Source of the DNA: an uncultured virus (IMG/VR IMGVR_UViG_3300050821_019438)
Taxonomy: Duplodnaviria > Heunggongvirae > Uroviricota > Caudoviricetes
Virus record (IMG/VR): IMGVR_UViG_3300050821_019438
Strand: one strand, 5' to 3'
DNA length: 64,000 nucleotides
A model generated the notes under the pieces. That model had not been told where the DNA came from. It worked only from the letters and a program-made list of their open reading frames with translations, and did no database searches. A program made the translations under genes and the position numbers. Below, in pieces: positions 44,924-56,595 of this stretch; within the stretch, counting starts at the first letter, position 1, and each line of letters starts with the position of its first letter.

Positions 44924-46165
44924 TCACGACGCTCCTTTTGCATCGAGCGACTTGAGCTTCTTTACGCTCCAGACGGAATCACGAATCTTGAGAGTTGGGT
45001 CCTTTCCGAATTTGGCATTGACCACGTCCATGACGCCCATGAACGCGGGCTGGTAGTCGTGACCCGAGAGCGTGCCTCCGACCTTGACCTTCGGCCACCA
45101 TGTCTCGGTGTCTTGCCAGAACGCTTCTTTCTCGTGGCTGCCGTCGAGGAACACGAGGTCGAGCGACTCGTCTTCGAAGTGTTTGGAGCCTTCCACGCTC
45201 GTTTCTGGAAGTGCAATGACCTTGACTGTTTTGAACTCGTTCTTGACGGCTTCGATGTTCTTGAGGAGCTCCTCACGACCGCCGGGGTGCATGAAAGGCT
45301 CGGCGCCGGTGTTGGTCGTGTCGTCGAGCCAATCCGTGCCTGGGTCCACGCCCCAAACGGTCGCCTTGAGCTTGCCGTGGGCCGCGAGGTCCGTAGCGAG
45401 AAAGAGCATGGACCGACCCTTGTAGACGCCCACCTCCACACACCGGGCATCCTCGGGGAGGGTCTGAGCTTGAGCGCGGTAGAACGGCAGGATGTCGACC
45501 GACCACCCATCGATTTCCGGGTGCCACAGCTGCGTGGGTGTGGCGGGTGCCAGGTGCTTGACGATCGCCGCCCGGAACGCTGCGTGCGCCGCCGGGCTCG
45601 ACGCCGCGCTCATGAAGATGGTGGTGTTGGGTCGGCCGAGGACGACGGCGTAGCCCGTCATGCCGGGGTAGGGGCACGAGTCTACGATCTTCTTGACCCA
45701 GGCGCCCGCGAGCTCGCCGAGGTCTTGCTCGGATGGCTCTTTGACTTTGATGACGACATCGCCTGGCTTGGGGGGAGCGAGCACGGGGGGGATGTACCCG
45801 AGTTCCCACGGCGCCGGATCCGGCACGCCGCAGACCGTCACGAAGCCTTGGAATTGCTTCTCGACGTGCACCGGGCGTGCGATGTCCCAGACCCCAGGGC
45901 CGAGGCGATTGAGGGGGTAGCGGTCGCTTCGTGTGCCCATGGGGTCGACGGCGACGAAGTGCTTCTGGCGCTTGCCAGGGCCGCGCTGGAGCGCGAACGC
46001 GAGCTTCCAGACGCCGCCTCCGGTTGCGCCGGTGTCGCGCGAGATGTGGCCGCAGGGCCTGCTGCCTTCAGGGGAGGTGGTCGCCGAGATGTTGCTCTCA
46101 ACCCACCAGACGAGGGTCCGCATGATGATCGAGTCGTTACCGGGGTCTTGGTTCGCTGGGTTCAT
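44924..46165 (-). CDS. Class I SAM-dependent methyltransferase (Methyltransf_24-like) with N-terminal extension
   Basis: VEVGVYKGRS, GVDP, DLVFLDGSH, GGTLSGHDY. Confidence 0.85.
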   Translation of the reverse strand: MNPANQDPGNDSIIMRTLVWWVESNISATTSPEGSRPCGHISRDTGATGGGVWKLAFALQRGPGKRQKHFVAVDPMGTRSDRYPLNRLGPGVWDIARPVHVEKQFQGFVTVCGVPDPAPWELGYIPPVLAPPKPGDVVIKVKEPSEQDLGELAGAWVKKIVDSCPYPGMTGYAVVLGRPNTTIFMSAASSPAAHAAFRAAIVKHLAPATPTQLWHPEIDGWSVDILPFYRAQAQTLPEDARCVEVGVYKGRSMLFLATDLAAHGKLKATVWGVDPGTDWLDDTTNTGAEPFMHPGGREELLKNIEAVKNEFKTVKVIALPETSVEGSKHFEDESLDLVFLDGSHEKEAFWQDTETWWPKVKVGGTLSGHDYQPAFMGVMDVVNAKFGKDPTLKIRDSVWSVKKLKSLDAKGAS

Positions 46166-46322
46166 GGGTCCTCGAAGTAGGTGATGTAAACGCGTCCGTG
46201 TTCGCCGTCGCCGCCTCGACCGCGCCGGCCTCCTTTACCACCGCGACCTCCGGGCAGGCGCTCTCGGCGGAGGCCGAGATAGGCAAGCACCCCGAAGAAG
46301 AGCAGGAAGATGAGGAAGGTGA

Positions 46323-46916
46323 TCATCCCTTCCACCCCTGCTTTCGTAGCTCCGCGGCGATGTCCGGCGGCGTCCAGCCCTTGGGCTTGAGGCGCTTGCG
46401 CGCGCCTGGCCCGTCGGACCAGACGGGTTCGCCGATGAATTTGGCCATGTTGGTTCGCTGGATTTCGGCGGCGATGGGAGCGCCGTCGATGCCGAACTCG
46501 AGACGGGTGCCCTCGACGACATAATCCAAGTCGCCCATGCCGTCGGCGAGCTCGGGGAGGTTGATTTGTACTTCGGAGAGTGTGATCGTTCGAAACAAGT
46601 GCCTACGAAGATCGGATAAAGTGTGCGTGCTTATTCCACTTGCTCCCTTGAGCATTGCCTCCATCACCTCGAAAAATTCCTCTGCTATGAGCTTCGCCCT
46701 CAGCCTGACGCGGTCGTCGGATATGACGGTCGGCGTCGATGGATCCTGCATGCCCATCGCGTCGTGGAACTCGGCGACCTGCTCGCGGAGGGTCTGCTTT
46801 GGTGGGAACGGCTCGACCCAGTCGTGGGCGCCAGAAACGGTCTTGAAGCATCGACCGAGTCTGTCCTCCACCGGATTGGTCTCGCCGCACTCACGGCAAA
46901 CGATGGTTCGGATCAC
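46323..46916 (-). CDS. MazG-like/PRA-PH family NTP pyrophosphohydrolase
   Basis: VAEFH, LIAEEFFE, LADGMGDLDYV, TNMAK, KPKGWTPPD. Confidence 0.85.
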   Translation of the reverse strand: MIRTIVCRECGETNPVEDRLGRCFKTVSGAHDWVEPFPPKQTLREQVAEFHDAMGMQDPSTPTVISDDRVRLRAKLIAEEFFEVMEAMLKGASGISTHTLSDLRRHLFRTITLSEVQINLPELADGMGDLDYVVEGTRLEFGIDGAPIAAEIQRTNMAKFIGEPVWSDGPGARKRLKPKGWTPPDIAAELRKQGWKG

Positions 46917-49314
46917 GTCACCACCGGCCCTTTCATCTGCTCCAGCTTCAATGCCGCCCGCCCCGCCTCGGTGATGTAGTGGCCGCAGCCTGCGATGGCG
47001 ATGCCGGTGTCGAGCCAGCCCTCCCGTAGGATGTTCTCGCGCTCGGCGTCCCATTCGCTTCGGGTCGAGCGCACGTGGCCTTCGGATCGATAGAGCTGGA
47101 CAAGGCTCTTGTCGTCGAAGTCTTCGAGGATGCGGCGTTGGGCGTCGGTCATGTCGGTAGCTTTCCTGACTTGAGAACAGCGTTGATGTCCACGCCCGCG
47201 CGAGCGTACGCGGCGGACTTCGTTCCTTCCGGCGAGTTCGAAATGAAGCGACGTCCGTACGGGTCGCAGTGGTAGCACTTCCATTCCGAACCGCGTCCGT
47301 AATCGGGACTGTTGAGAACACATTCGTTTCCGCAGGTAGGACAATTCATCTGTTTTTCCTCGGTTTAGCGCAGCACGACGGCGCTCACGATTTCGACTCG
47401 ACTGGCGCGCTTCGTACATAGTGTCGGCGCATGAAGTCGCGCCCGTACTTCACGCACTCCTCACACCTCGACTTCGACCTCTTCGACACCGGCCGACGCC
47501 CACACCTGATGCATAGTCCCAGCTTGCGGCACCTAGCCTGCGCTTCTCGCGTCCTCGGCGACTGCATCTCCGTCTACCCCTTCATCGTGCGCATCATCGG
47601 GAGTGCGTCTTCCGCCGTTTCGGCTTCGCTGGGACTTCTGCCCAACGGCACAACAAGTCGTCCGGGACACCTCTCCCTACCAGCGCTGCCGCACCTGCCC
47701 TCACGTACGACTCTCGCTTCGCTTGGCTGAGATCTTCCCATGCCAGCCTGCGCGCCTCATCCATCACAAAGTCGATGAACCTCATCGTCGAACCTCCGCG
47801 CGCACCTTCCCGTCGTCGTCGAGCGTCTTGGCCATGTCGCGGCACCGAGCTTCGAGCTTCAGTCGACGGCCCTTCTCGGCGGGCGTCTCGTGAACGCTCA
47901 CGATTGCACCATCGCGAGCGCGTCCTTCGGGTCAGAGCCGGCCGACACCAGCGCCTTCCACGCACGCCTCTGGGGACGTGTGAGCCACCGCACCGATGTC
48001 ACCAACTCGCGCGGGATCTCGGTGAGCCCCTTCGCTTTCGCTTCCTGTATGGATACGCCTCGCGTTGTGAGGTCGTGAATCTTTCCGCTGTCATCCATCG
48101 TCGTTTCCTCCGTCTAGGCTTCAATCGCGCGCATCACTTCAGCTCTCGAATCCACTTCGCGCACCCCTCGGCGGCACGCGACGTGTCGTTGTCCGGCAAG
48201 GGCGGTACTGCGTACTTGATCGGCTCGGGAGAGGCGAGCGCTGCTCTTGCGTAAGCCTCACATCGCTGCGCAGCCTCCTCCAGCACCGCCGCCCTCTCCT
48301 CTTTCGTCATCATGGGCCCATCCTCTCTTGTCTCGCGCGCACGGTCATCGAGGAAGGCGTCCGCGTGCGTCGAGCGCCTTCGCTAGCACACCTTGGCTCC
48401 GCTCCAAGAGCGTCGCGAGCGATTCGAGGCTCAGGGCCGCCGCCGCGATCGTGTCGGCGTCCAGCATCCCTGCGCGAAGCCGGCTAGCAAGCTCGCGGCC
48501 GATGTCTGCGTTGCTGGGGTCGAAGCCCACGATCGCTTTCACTTCGGCCATGATGTCGTCATTCGCGCGCATTTTCATGTTTGTCCTTTTCGCCAATCTC
48601 GAATGCCGAGAAGGGTCTCCCCGATGCGTCGGTCGACCTCCCGGTCCGCGTCCCCGAGCTGCTCCCATGGTAGGAGGTGATGCGGCTTGACCTCCTCACC
48701 GAGGTTCTTTCGGTCAGTCGCCCACACTACCCACACCTCTCGGACCAACCTGCCAAGGGCCTCTCGCGTGAGAGAATCGGGTGCGTTGTAGTGACCGTCT
48801 GGACATCGCCATGAGCATGACGTTTTTCGAGAAAGGTTTGTCTATGGGAGCGTTCATGAAGAAACTCACAAGCTCCTCTACGTCCTCCATGTTTACCTTG
48901 AGCGGTTCGGTCATCGCATCACCTCGCGTGCATTTTCGGTGTTATTTTGCCGCGTGTTGCAGCAACGTGACCGCGTCATCGACTAGCTTCCACCGGCCGT
49001 CTCTCTTCGCGAGCAGACGTCCGATTCGGTCCTTCAGGTCGCCCTTGCCGTGCTCGACGCGGAGACCGGCGGCCTCAGAAAGTAATTGTCGGGCGCACTG
49101 TTCCCACGTGTGGATATTGTACCCCCACCCTGGGTCCGGCTTGTCGCTCAGCGCGTGCATCCCGGTATCGACTCCGCAAGTCTCACAATTCATCGAATTG
49201 CCTCCGCGCGTACTACCGATAATCCGGTACGTACCATTCCCAACTTTCTACCCACCTTTCCACGCCGTCTTGTAGCTCCCAGCGGAGCACCCATCGCCAG
49301 TATCCGAGCATTGG

Positions 49315-49947
49315 TCACCTCGCGAACGTTTCCAGCTCTTGCCGCATGTTTATCCGAGCGAATGAGTCGAATCGCTCGTGCGCCCAATCCGTCTGGAAGA
49401 GCCTCGCCCGTTCGAGCATCTTGGCTAGAAAGCCGCTACGTCCAACCTTCCACGCCTCATCGCTGACCGTCGCGTACTCCTGCCGGATGTCCCGAACGTA
49501 CTTGCGGTACGTGGCCGACTCGGACCCGAGGATCGCTAAGTCGATATCAATCGTGAGACGGGCGATCTCGTTGCTGGCAACCGTCTCGTGATTCTTGGTA
49601 GCGAGGATCGCGTCGCAGGCTGCGTCCCAATGTCCTGAGTGGACCGCCCACGGAACGAGCACCAAGGACCGCAAGAGGCCGGCGCTCAGCTCTTCGTTGC
49701 GTTTGTCGCCAGGTACGTAGACCGCGTCGTGCCAGAAGAGCGCCAGCTCCACGACCGGCGTGCCTTCGCAGGCGCCGTCACGTCGCGCCTCGGCGAGCAG
49801 GTCCATGCACGCGTCGATGTGCGTGAGATTGTGATAGGCGCGGTGGGGTTCGCCGTAGAGCGTTTCGAGCACGCGCCATGTCCAGTCGACGTGGGCAGGC
49901 TCAACGAAGTTGGCCCACTGCTTTTTCAGGTCGTTGTTCATTGTCAT
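49315..49947 (-). CDS. HD-superfamily metal-dependent phosphohydrolase
   Basis: RAYHNLTHI, WHDAVY, NEELSA, DIDLAILG, IRQEY. Confidence 0.85.
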   Translation of the reverse strand: MTMNNDLKKQWANFVEPAHVDWTWRVLETLYGEPHRAYHNLTHIDACMDLLAEARRDGACEGTPVVELALFWHDAVYVPGDKRNEELSAGLLRSLVLVPWAVHSGHWDAACDAILATKNHETVASNEIARLTIDIDLAILGSESATYRKYVRDIRQEYATVSDEAWKVGRSGFLAKMLERARLFQTDWAHERFDSFARINMRQELETFAR

Positions 49948-50968
49948 CCTCGCCGCAGCATGGCGTCCGCCCATGCCAAGAACTCGGGGGTAGCCTTTCC
50001 ATCGTCGTCGAGCACTCGGATGATGACCGTTTTCCGAGCTCGGCGGCGGGTGGCACGCGTGCGCCGTTTACGACGATCCTCTCTGCCGTTTCGTTTTTTC
50101 ATTGTCGTGCGCCTATTTTCATCGCGTCGCACTTCGATTCGCAAGTCAGCTCGACAGCGAAGATCTCCTCCCACATCCGGTCGGAGGCGCCTCGGTCTCC
50201 TCGTTTCCATGCCTCGATGGCTGGGACGATGTCGGGCCTTGGCGCCCCGTCGACGAAGAACCTTTCCTGGCAGCGCTCTCGACACACGATGATGTTCTCT
50301 GCCGAGACCCGTCGCGTGTGCGGCGCAGGATCGCAGGCCGCCGCGAAAGCAAGAATGACGAGAGTGCGTATCACTTGATCAATCCGATCATCGGCCGCGC
50401 GAGGTCGCCCGGGTCAATGTGATCGACCAGCGTGGTCAAAGCCTGGAGCATGGCGGCTCTCCCCGCTTCGGCGGTCATCTTCTTGGTCTCTCCGTGGGCC
50501 CGGCCGACGTTGTAGGCCATGATGAGGAGCCCTTCGAAAATCGACTGCTGCGGCGAATCCTTTCGAGTGCCGCCTCTTCGCTCTCGTCGGGAACGATACC
50601 CATCTGGTCGGCAAACGCAGGGGAGATCAGGCAGTCCTTACTCGCGCCGTTGGTCATCATTTCCACGGCTCCGGCGACGGCGGACAAAGTCTCTTTCAAG
50701 ATCAGGGCGGGCACAGGCGCAACCGAAGGTTCGACGTGCGCGTGTCGCGTCTCGCGCGCCGGGTTCTTGTCGACGAGAACGCGACCGTCGTTCAGGTCGT
50801 TCGAGCCCAACTCGTAGACCGCGGCGGCGATCTCGTCGAGTGTAGGAGGCGTGATGAGACGAAAGACCTCGCCGATCTCCATGGCGAATAGTGAGATTGC
50901 AGCCTGTCTCGTTTCTTGGTGCACGATGAAGGTTCGACCCTCGTGCTTCAGACACCAACGCTTGTCGG

Positions 50969-51247
50969 TCATGACTTCCTCTTCTTGGCCGTCGGTCTCT
51001 TCTTGGTCTTCCAGTCGGAGAACACGATCACCGCAGGGTGAACGTTCAGAGCGACCGCGAGCTTCTTAGCCCGAGCGAGACCGATCGGAAGACGCTCGTG
51101 TTCAAGTGCACAAATACACGACTCGGTGAGTCCGCTGTATTTGGACAACTCATTTATAGTAATACCCTGAAGCTCGCGAATGAGCTTCAGAGCGCGACCT
51201 GGCGTCAGTCGTCCACGACGCTTGGTTGGGTAGTACTTCTCACTCAT
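50969..51247 (-). CDS. XRE-family HTH regulator (HigA-like)
   Basis: TPGRALKLIRELQGITINELS...ALEHERLPIGLARAKKLAVAL. Confidence 0.8.
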   Translation of the reverse strand: MSEKYYPTKRRGRLTPGRALKLIRELQGITINELSKYSGLTESCICALEHERLPIGLARAKKLAVALNVHPAVIVFSDWKTKKRPTAKKRKS

Positions 51248-52768
51248 GACTGTCTTTCAATGCAGGTGCTCCAGCGAGGAGCCCTCTTTGGGTCGCGGCG
51301 ACGGGAAGTCGATGGTCGGACAGGACTCGCGGAGACGTTCGAGCAGCGCTTCCAGATTCGCTACACGGCACGCCGGGCAGCCATTCATGAGCGTGGTCGT
51401 GTCCGTCGTGCCTTTCTCGTTGTCGAAGGCAACGACTATGAGCATCGTTGAGACTTCGCACTCGTCGGCAACCTCGGTAAGCCGAGACATAAAGCGTTTC
51501 TGATTTGCGCTCCCTCTGTCTCCGGTCTGCTGAATTGATCGCTTACGCATCACGGCCTCTGCTCGGTCGTAATCTTGCCGTCGAGCCGCAGCGTTTGCCA
51601 CGGCTGACCGACGCGACAGCCCGGCAAGCACGGTGGCATGAGCTTGTTTTCCTTCGCCGCGCCGACGCGAATCGCTTGGCAGTCGTCGTCGTGGGGCCGG
51701 GTCGTGTGCCAGAAGTTGGGGCTCGGGTCGTCTTTCATGATGCCTTTCTCGATTCGTTTATAGCTGTGAAGAAAATTGCTCCGCAGGTTGAGCAGGTTGC
51801 ATGAAGGTGTGACTCCGATCGAGCCTCACATTTCTTCGGATCCGGACAAGCCTTCGGAATGTCTTTTACACCGTGAATGCGTTCCGTTTTAGGCTTTCCT
51901 ACGGGATACCAGCAGCTGGATGCATGTACGGGAAGATTCGAAACTTGGGAGGGGGCGGAGGATCGTCCTCTTCGACTTGTCTCTTGAGCACGCGGTCCGC
52001 GAATCCCAGCGATGCGATGATGACCGCTGCCGTAGCGATGATGGCGGTTTCGATGATCACGGCTCGGTCCAGGGAGGCATCGTCTCCCAGTCGACGAGCT
52101 CGCCGAGAGATTCGAGTGCGGCGCGGGCGTCAGCAAGTCGGTGTTCGTTGGACGCAATGACGCTCTTGAGCCGTTCACGGGCCTCTTCCGTGGGTGTTCT
52201 TGCGTGATCAGGGTAGTGCCGACGGCGCCAGCCGCGAATGGTGAAGCGCTTGCCTGTTGGAGACTCGAGCCCTTCGATGTCACCTCTCGGTTCGGAGTAG
52301 AGCACGACGCACGCGAGGCCCTTCATGCGTTCGGGGTCGGCACAGTCGAACGTAGAGCAGATTTCCGACAGGAGCTGGCGTGCTTCGGCCTTGTTCTTCA
52401 TGCAGAAGGGACCAAAGCCTTGTCCCCAGCCTGGTCCTTCGATTTGAACGTGGACCGTCTCGATGAGATGGTCTCCGTCGTAGTCCTGGCGCGCGGCCGT
52501 GATCGTCGCCGGCACTCGTAGGTCTTTCGGCTCGTACTTCATTTGACCCTCCTCAGCTTTGGCGGCGACTTGGGCGTGACGATGCGGCGCCGTGGTTTCC
52601 CCTCGACCGTCCTCGCGTGAAGCATCAGGAGCTTCGCCGCCGCGTCGATGCCTTTGACGACTTCCTCGAGCCGTGTTTGCTCTTCGACCGTGACGTCGTT
52701 CCAATAATGCTCGTGTTGAATCGACCGAGCGATGCGAAGGAGCGCGACGGCTTTATCGCTGAGGGAGC

Positions 52769-53293
52769 TCATTCCGCGTCATCCGCGCGGCTCACGAGTA
52801 TGTCGAATTTCTCGAGCAGGTCGGGAGCGATTTCTTCGAGGTATTCACGAACCATCTTGTCATCAAGTCCCTTCTTCAGGAGCTGAACGACGTCTTCCTG
52901 GTCTTTTCGACGCCATGCCTTCAGCTTCAAATAGACGAGCGCACCAGGATCGACGATGGGGATACCCTCGGACTCGTAAGGCTCTTCCACTTGCTCTTCG
53001 ACGACCTCGTCCGCCATGACGTCGACGACGACACCGTTGACGAGAATGGGCATGCCGGGTTTGAAGGTTACAATTCCTCCACCGTGTCGTTCGAACCCCT
53101 CTTCACCAACAAGAAAGTCAGCATCCTTGGTGGCGCGCGGATAGCCGTAGGCACCGACCGCTAACGCTCCGATGAGGGCATGACGGATTCCTAGTCGATC
53201 GAGCTCTTTTGATGCTCGGATGGTCGCGTCGAGAATGCGGTCGGAGACAACGCCGTTGAGAAGTTTGAAGTCTGGCAGATGAACGCGTTTCAT
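52769..53293 (-). CDS. Nucleotidyltransferase (Pol-beta superfamily, AbiEii/DUF6036-like)
   Basis: IGALAVGAYGYPRATKDAD...KLKAWRRKDQED. Confidence 0.8.
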   Translation of the reverse strand: MKRVHLPDFKLLNGVVSDRILDATIRASKELDRLGIRHALIGALAVGAYGYPRATKDADFLVGEEGFERHGGGIVTFKPGMPILVNGVVVDVMADEVVEEQVEEPYESEGIPIVDPGALVYLKLKAWRRKDQEDVVQLLKKGLDDKMVREYLEEIAPDLLEKFDILVSRADDAE

Positions 53294-53313
53294 GTTTTTC
53301 TCCCGTGAACCCG

Positions 53314-53487
53314 TCAGTAGCGACCTTCTGCCTCCTGTCGAATCCACTTGCGCAGCATTCCGCTCGCGGTCAGACCGTTAGCCTTGGCGGCCTTGAGCAG
53401 CCATTCTTTCTCGGTCTTGGAGAGAGTGAGGTGGATGTGTTCCGGTCTGTACGTGAGATCCACGACATCCGGGCGCTGTTTCTTCAT
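53314..53487 (-). CDS. 57-aa ribbon-helix-helix-like protein (below ORF track cutoff)
   Basis: HIHLTLSKTEKEWLLKAAKANGLTASGMLRKWI. Confidence 0.65.
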   Translation of the reverse strand: MKKQRPDVVDLTYRPEHIHLTLSKTEKEWLLKAAKANGLTASGMLRKWIRQEAEGRY

Positions 53488-53590
53488 GACCCACTTTCTG
53501 AACTAAAAATGAACATCGGTCAAGACGGATTCGAAAGGCCCGTGTCGATTTGCCATACAGGCCCGGACCGGTGTAGTCTCGTTTCTCGAG

Positions 53591-53986
53591 ATGCCGACCA
53601 AGCAAAAGTCCGTGAACGAACGCAGTCTTACCCCTCTCTGTCTTCGATTCCGGTCTCAAGACCTGGAGCTGGTGCGCGCGGTCGCCGCGAAGGCCAGCGA
53701 AGCCGCCACGGTTTTTCTTCGCGAGGTCATCATGACCCGCGTCGTGGCCATCGAGAGTGAGATCGACGTACCGAAGCTCACGTACGGCAAGAACGGCGTC
53801 GTCAGCGAGTCGATCTCGATTCGGTTCCGCCCCGCCGAGTACAAGCGCGCTGCGCGCGTGGCAGCCAGAGACGGCGTGCCGTTCAGCCTCTGGGGTCGCG
53901 CCGTCGTGCTCGAGTACGTGCAGCGGCCGAAGGTGCCGTCGATTCGCAACGGTCGGCAGGAGCGGGACGCGGCGGTCGGGGAATGA
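53591..53986 (+). CDS. Tandem ribbon-helix-helix regulator
   Basis: Two units: LCLRFRSQDLELVRAVA...FLREVI and ISIRFRPAEYKRAARVA...WGRAVV. Confidence 0.7.
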   Translation: MPTKQKSVNERSLTPLCLRFRSQDLELVRAVAAKASEAATVFLREVIMTRVVAIESEIDVPKLTYGKNGVVSESISIRFRPAEYKRAARVAARDGVPFSLWGRAVVLEYVQRPKVPSIRNGRQERDAAVGE

Positions 53987-55316
53987 GCGAGAAGGTACCG
54001 AAGGAGCTCACGGGAATACTGGATCGAGCGATCGTGCTCTGTTCGACGTACGTGCCGCACGAGCACCGAAATCCAACGCCCGGCGGAGGGAACGTGCTCA
54101 CGACGGCAACGGCGATTCTCGTCGCGGGTCGCGCGGTTGTCGAAGCCGTCATCGAGTACGAGGCTCGCAGTAAATGAGCATTGAGGACGATCAGGACCGA
54201 CTCGCGCAGAAGGTCGCGGAGGCCATTCGTTCAGCGTACGCGGGGCAGCCCGACGCGCTCGTATTCTGTCTCCGCGGCACAGAGATTCAAGCGTGCTTGA
54301 TCGAAGCGGCAGAAGAAGCTGAGGCCGAGGCAGAGAGAGAGTCTCTTCCAAAAAATGTCCGTCCCATCGGGAGACCGGTTCATCCGTCTCGACCGATATA
54401 CCCTCAAGGGCATGGGTATCCTCAACCACCCTCGAGTGAAGAGATTGCCGCGACGTACGCAGCGATGGCGCAGGAGCGCGCGAAGTCGTTGCGAGCCAAC
54501 GCCAAGACGTTTCGGTTCCTCGCCGCGCACGTCGAGGAGGACAAGTATTTTCGCCTCGGCATTCACGATCTGGCGTTCTTGGGCCTCGTACCGTCGCGAG
54601 CCGGGCAATGCGGGCCGATGCCTTTGTCGCAATACCTTCCTACGGGGATGTAGATGAGCGGAACGCAGCCCAAAGGTCGCAAGACCGTCGAGGCGAAAGC
54701 AGACGTCACGGGTCCATGCCCGTTCTGTCACACGAAGGGCGGGCAGATCACGGTGGACTGGGGTGAAGCGGCGCAGGGGAGCAAACCCGCGCGCGACGGC
54801 ATGCTCTTCCACTCGTTGCCGTACTGCGGGACCTACGAGCGCCTGTCGGCCGACGAGTTCGTGCGCGCGGTCATCGAGCGAAAGCACCTGTCATGAAGTG
54901 GACCCCGGTGCGCTGGTACAAATACCTGCGGCGCGCGAACTTCACGCACTTCGAGTCGTTCTGGTACGCGCTCATCCCGCAGCTCATCTTCCGATCGAAG
55001 GTTCCGCCCGGCTGAGCTACGATGTAGGCCCATGGAACGCGAGCAGCTCAGGGCCCAGGCGACAGACCTCCTGAACCACCTGCGCGCGGACCCAGCCGTT
55101 CCTCAGGCGCTCTTCGAGCTCCTCGACAACTTCAGTCGGCGGCTCGACCGGCTCGAGCTCGGGGCGTTCGTAACCGAGGAGGAGACACCGACGCGTCCTG
55201 ATCGGAAGCAGTCTTCGGGCGGTATACCCGCGGTGCGTGAGGCGGTGAAAGACTCGCTCTCGGGACGCATCGCCGAGATCTTCGACGAGGTGAAGCCGAG
55301 GAAAGACGGGGAGTAG
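53983..55316 (+). other. Short plus-strand operon of about five hypothetical genes
   Basis: Closely packed ORFs including 53983-54177, 54174-54653, 54654-54896 and 55032-55316. Confidence 0.6.
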
Positions 55317-55318
55317 CG

Positions 55319-55558
55319 TCAGCCTGTCGCGACGGCCGCCGGTTGCATGCTTTCGTAGACGAGATAGCCGCCGAACGCGACCGCGAGGACGCAGCCGGCG
55401 AGAAGCGGAAGATCCGAGCCGAAAATCGGATTGGACCTCGACCGTCCTGCCTTCCGATACGCGATGGCGATGGCCTGCTTCTGCTTGTAGCCATCATGGC
55501 GTAGCGTTCGGATGTTGTCGCTGATGACTTGGTTGGAGCTTCCGCGGCGTAACGGCAT
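55319..55558 (-). CDS. MPLxxG-type small basic phage domain, NP motif, TM
   Basis: MPLRRGSSNQVISDNIRTL...QKQAIAIAY then RSNPIFG and TM. Confidence 0.7.
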   Translation of the reverse strand: MPLRRGSSNQVISDNIRTLRHDGYKQKQAIAIAYRKAGRSRSNPIFGSDLPLLAGCVLAVAFGGYLVYESMQPAAVATG

Positions 55559-55646
55559 CACTTTCCTCTTCCGCTGAAATGAATCGCTGCAATGACCATG
55601 ACTGCGACGACGGCCGCCAAGCCGAGCTTGATGAGCAGGTCGTTGG

Positions 55647-55916
55647 TCATCGAGGAATCGGTTCCTGCTCACGCTTCATGCGAGATTCGTAGTTCGCGGC
55701 GTCGTATCCGGCGGCCACGTACTGCTCGAGCGTCGGAAGAAAGTAATCGCCGTGATCGGGGTGGCACTTCTTCCCGGACTTGCCCATCTGCGGGTGAGTC
55801 CACACGCCGTTGATCAACGCCGACCCGCAATTGGAGCACCAGGACTGGATCCGCACCGTTGCATCGGTGGCCCCGTCGGTTTTCGACGAGGCGCCCGGGT
55901 GCTTGCAGTCGCGCAT
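55647..55916 (-). CDS. Small Cys-containing hypothetical protein
   Basis: MRDCKH...WCSNCG...PTLEQYVAAGY; TGATG overlap. Confidence 0.55.
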   Translation of the reverse strand: MRDCKHPGASSKTDGATDATVRIQSWCSNCGSALINGVWTHPQMGKSGKKCHPDHGDYFLPTLEQYVAAGYDAANYESRMKREQEPIPR

Positions 55917-56359
55917 CAGCCCCCGGAGAGTGGGGACATCGCCGGGTTCGTGATCTGCGGCGCTCCTGCGGTCGCCTGGTAGACCGACTGCGTAGGCGTC
56001 GTGGGACCGAAGAGACCGGGCTGTTGTCCTGCGGGCGTGGTTTGGTCGGGGTTGACCGACATGAGACCGAGCTCGGGGAGCCCTGGTCCGGTGCACTGGG
56101 CGCCCATGCCGAGCACGCCGTTCTTGTTGATGGACGCGGCGGCCCAGATGCCGGCGGCGATGCTCGAGGCCAGGCCGGCGGCGGCCGTGATGGCGAAGCC
56201 TTTGCGGTATTCGTCGGACGCGACGGCGCCGATGATGCCGATGAGCATCGCAAGGCTGCCGCCCCCGGCGAGGACCATCTGGGGGATGGTCTGCGTCTCG
56301 TCGACGTACGTGCACGTGGGCATTACTTGTCCGAGACCGCGATGACGACGACGAACCAT
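55916..56359 (-). CDS. Two-TM virion membrane protein
   Basis: MVRRRHRGLGQ leader, two hydrophobic helices. Confidence 0.7.
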   Translation of the reverse strand: MVRRRHRGLGQVMPTCTYVDETQTIPQMVLAGGGSLAMLIGIIGAVASDEYRKGFAITAAAGLASSIAAGIWAAASINKNGVLGMGAQCTGPGLPELGLMSVNPDQTTPAGQQPGLFGPTTPTQSVYQATAGAPQITNPAMSPLSGG

Positions 56360-56363
56360 GGGA

Positions 56364-56591
56364 CTATCTCCTTTTCAGTAACATCAAGGCGGTGAGCCCG
56401 CCGACCAGCAAGAGCGGTACGCCCGCCCAGTAATTGGATTCGTTGTAGAGCAGTCCGGCGCCGAGGCCCACCGCGGCAGCGCTCCCCGCGAGCAGGAGCT
56501 CTTCTTCCTCGCCCTCGTTCTTCGAATACGCGTAGGCCGCGCCGGCAGCTCCGAGAGCTGCGGCGGGGATGAGCGTAGCGGGGGCGGTCAT
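56364..56591 (-). CDS. Small multi-TM protein
   Basis: 75 aa, three Gly/Ala/Leu-rich segments. Confidence 0.6.
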   Translation of the reverse strand: MTAPATLIPAAALGAAGAAYAYSKNEGEEEELLLAGSAAAVGLGAGLLYNESNYWAGVPLLLVGGLTALMLLKRR

Positions 56592-56595
56592 GGCT

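Larger units (their letters stand above)
46913..52772 (-). other. Run of small accessory genes, several with CxxC pairs
   Basis: Coupled 55-210 aa minus-strand ORFs. Confidence 0.6.

Noticed and set aside
3522..46180. Long antisense or alternative-frame ORFs (e.g. 3522..4706, 15175..16353, 33662..34882, 35869..37203, 39804..41267, 44774..46180)
   Set aside because: They shadow well-supported genes and are expected from stop-codon scarcity in high-GC DNA; no family motifs.
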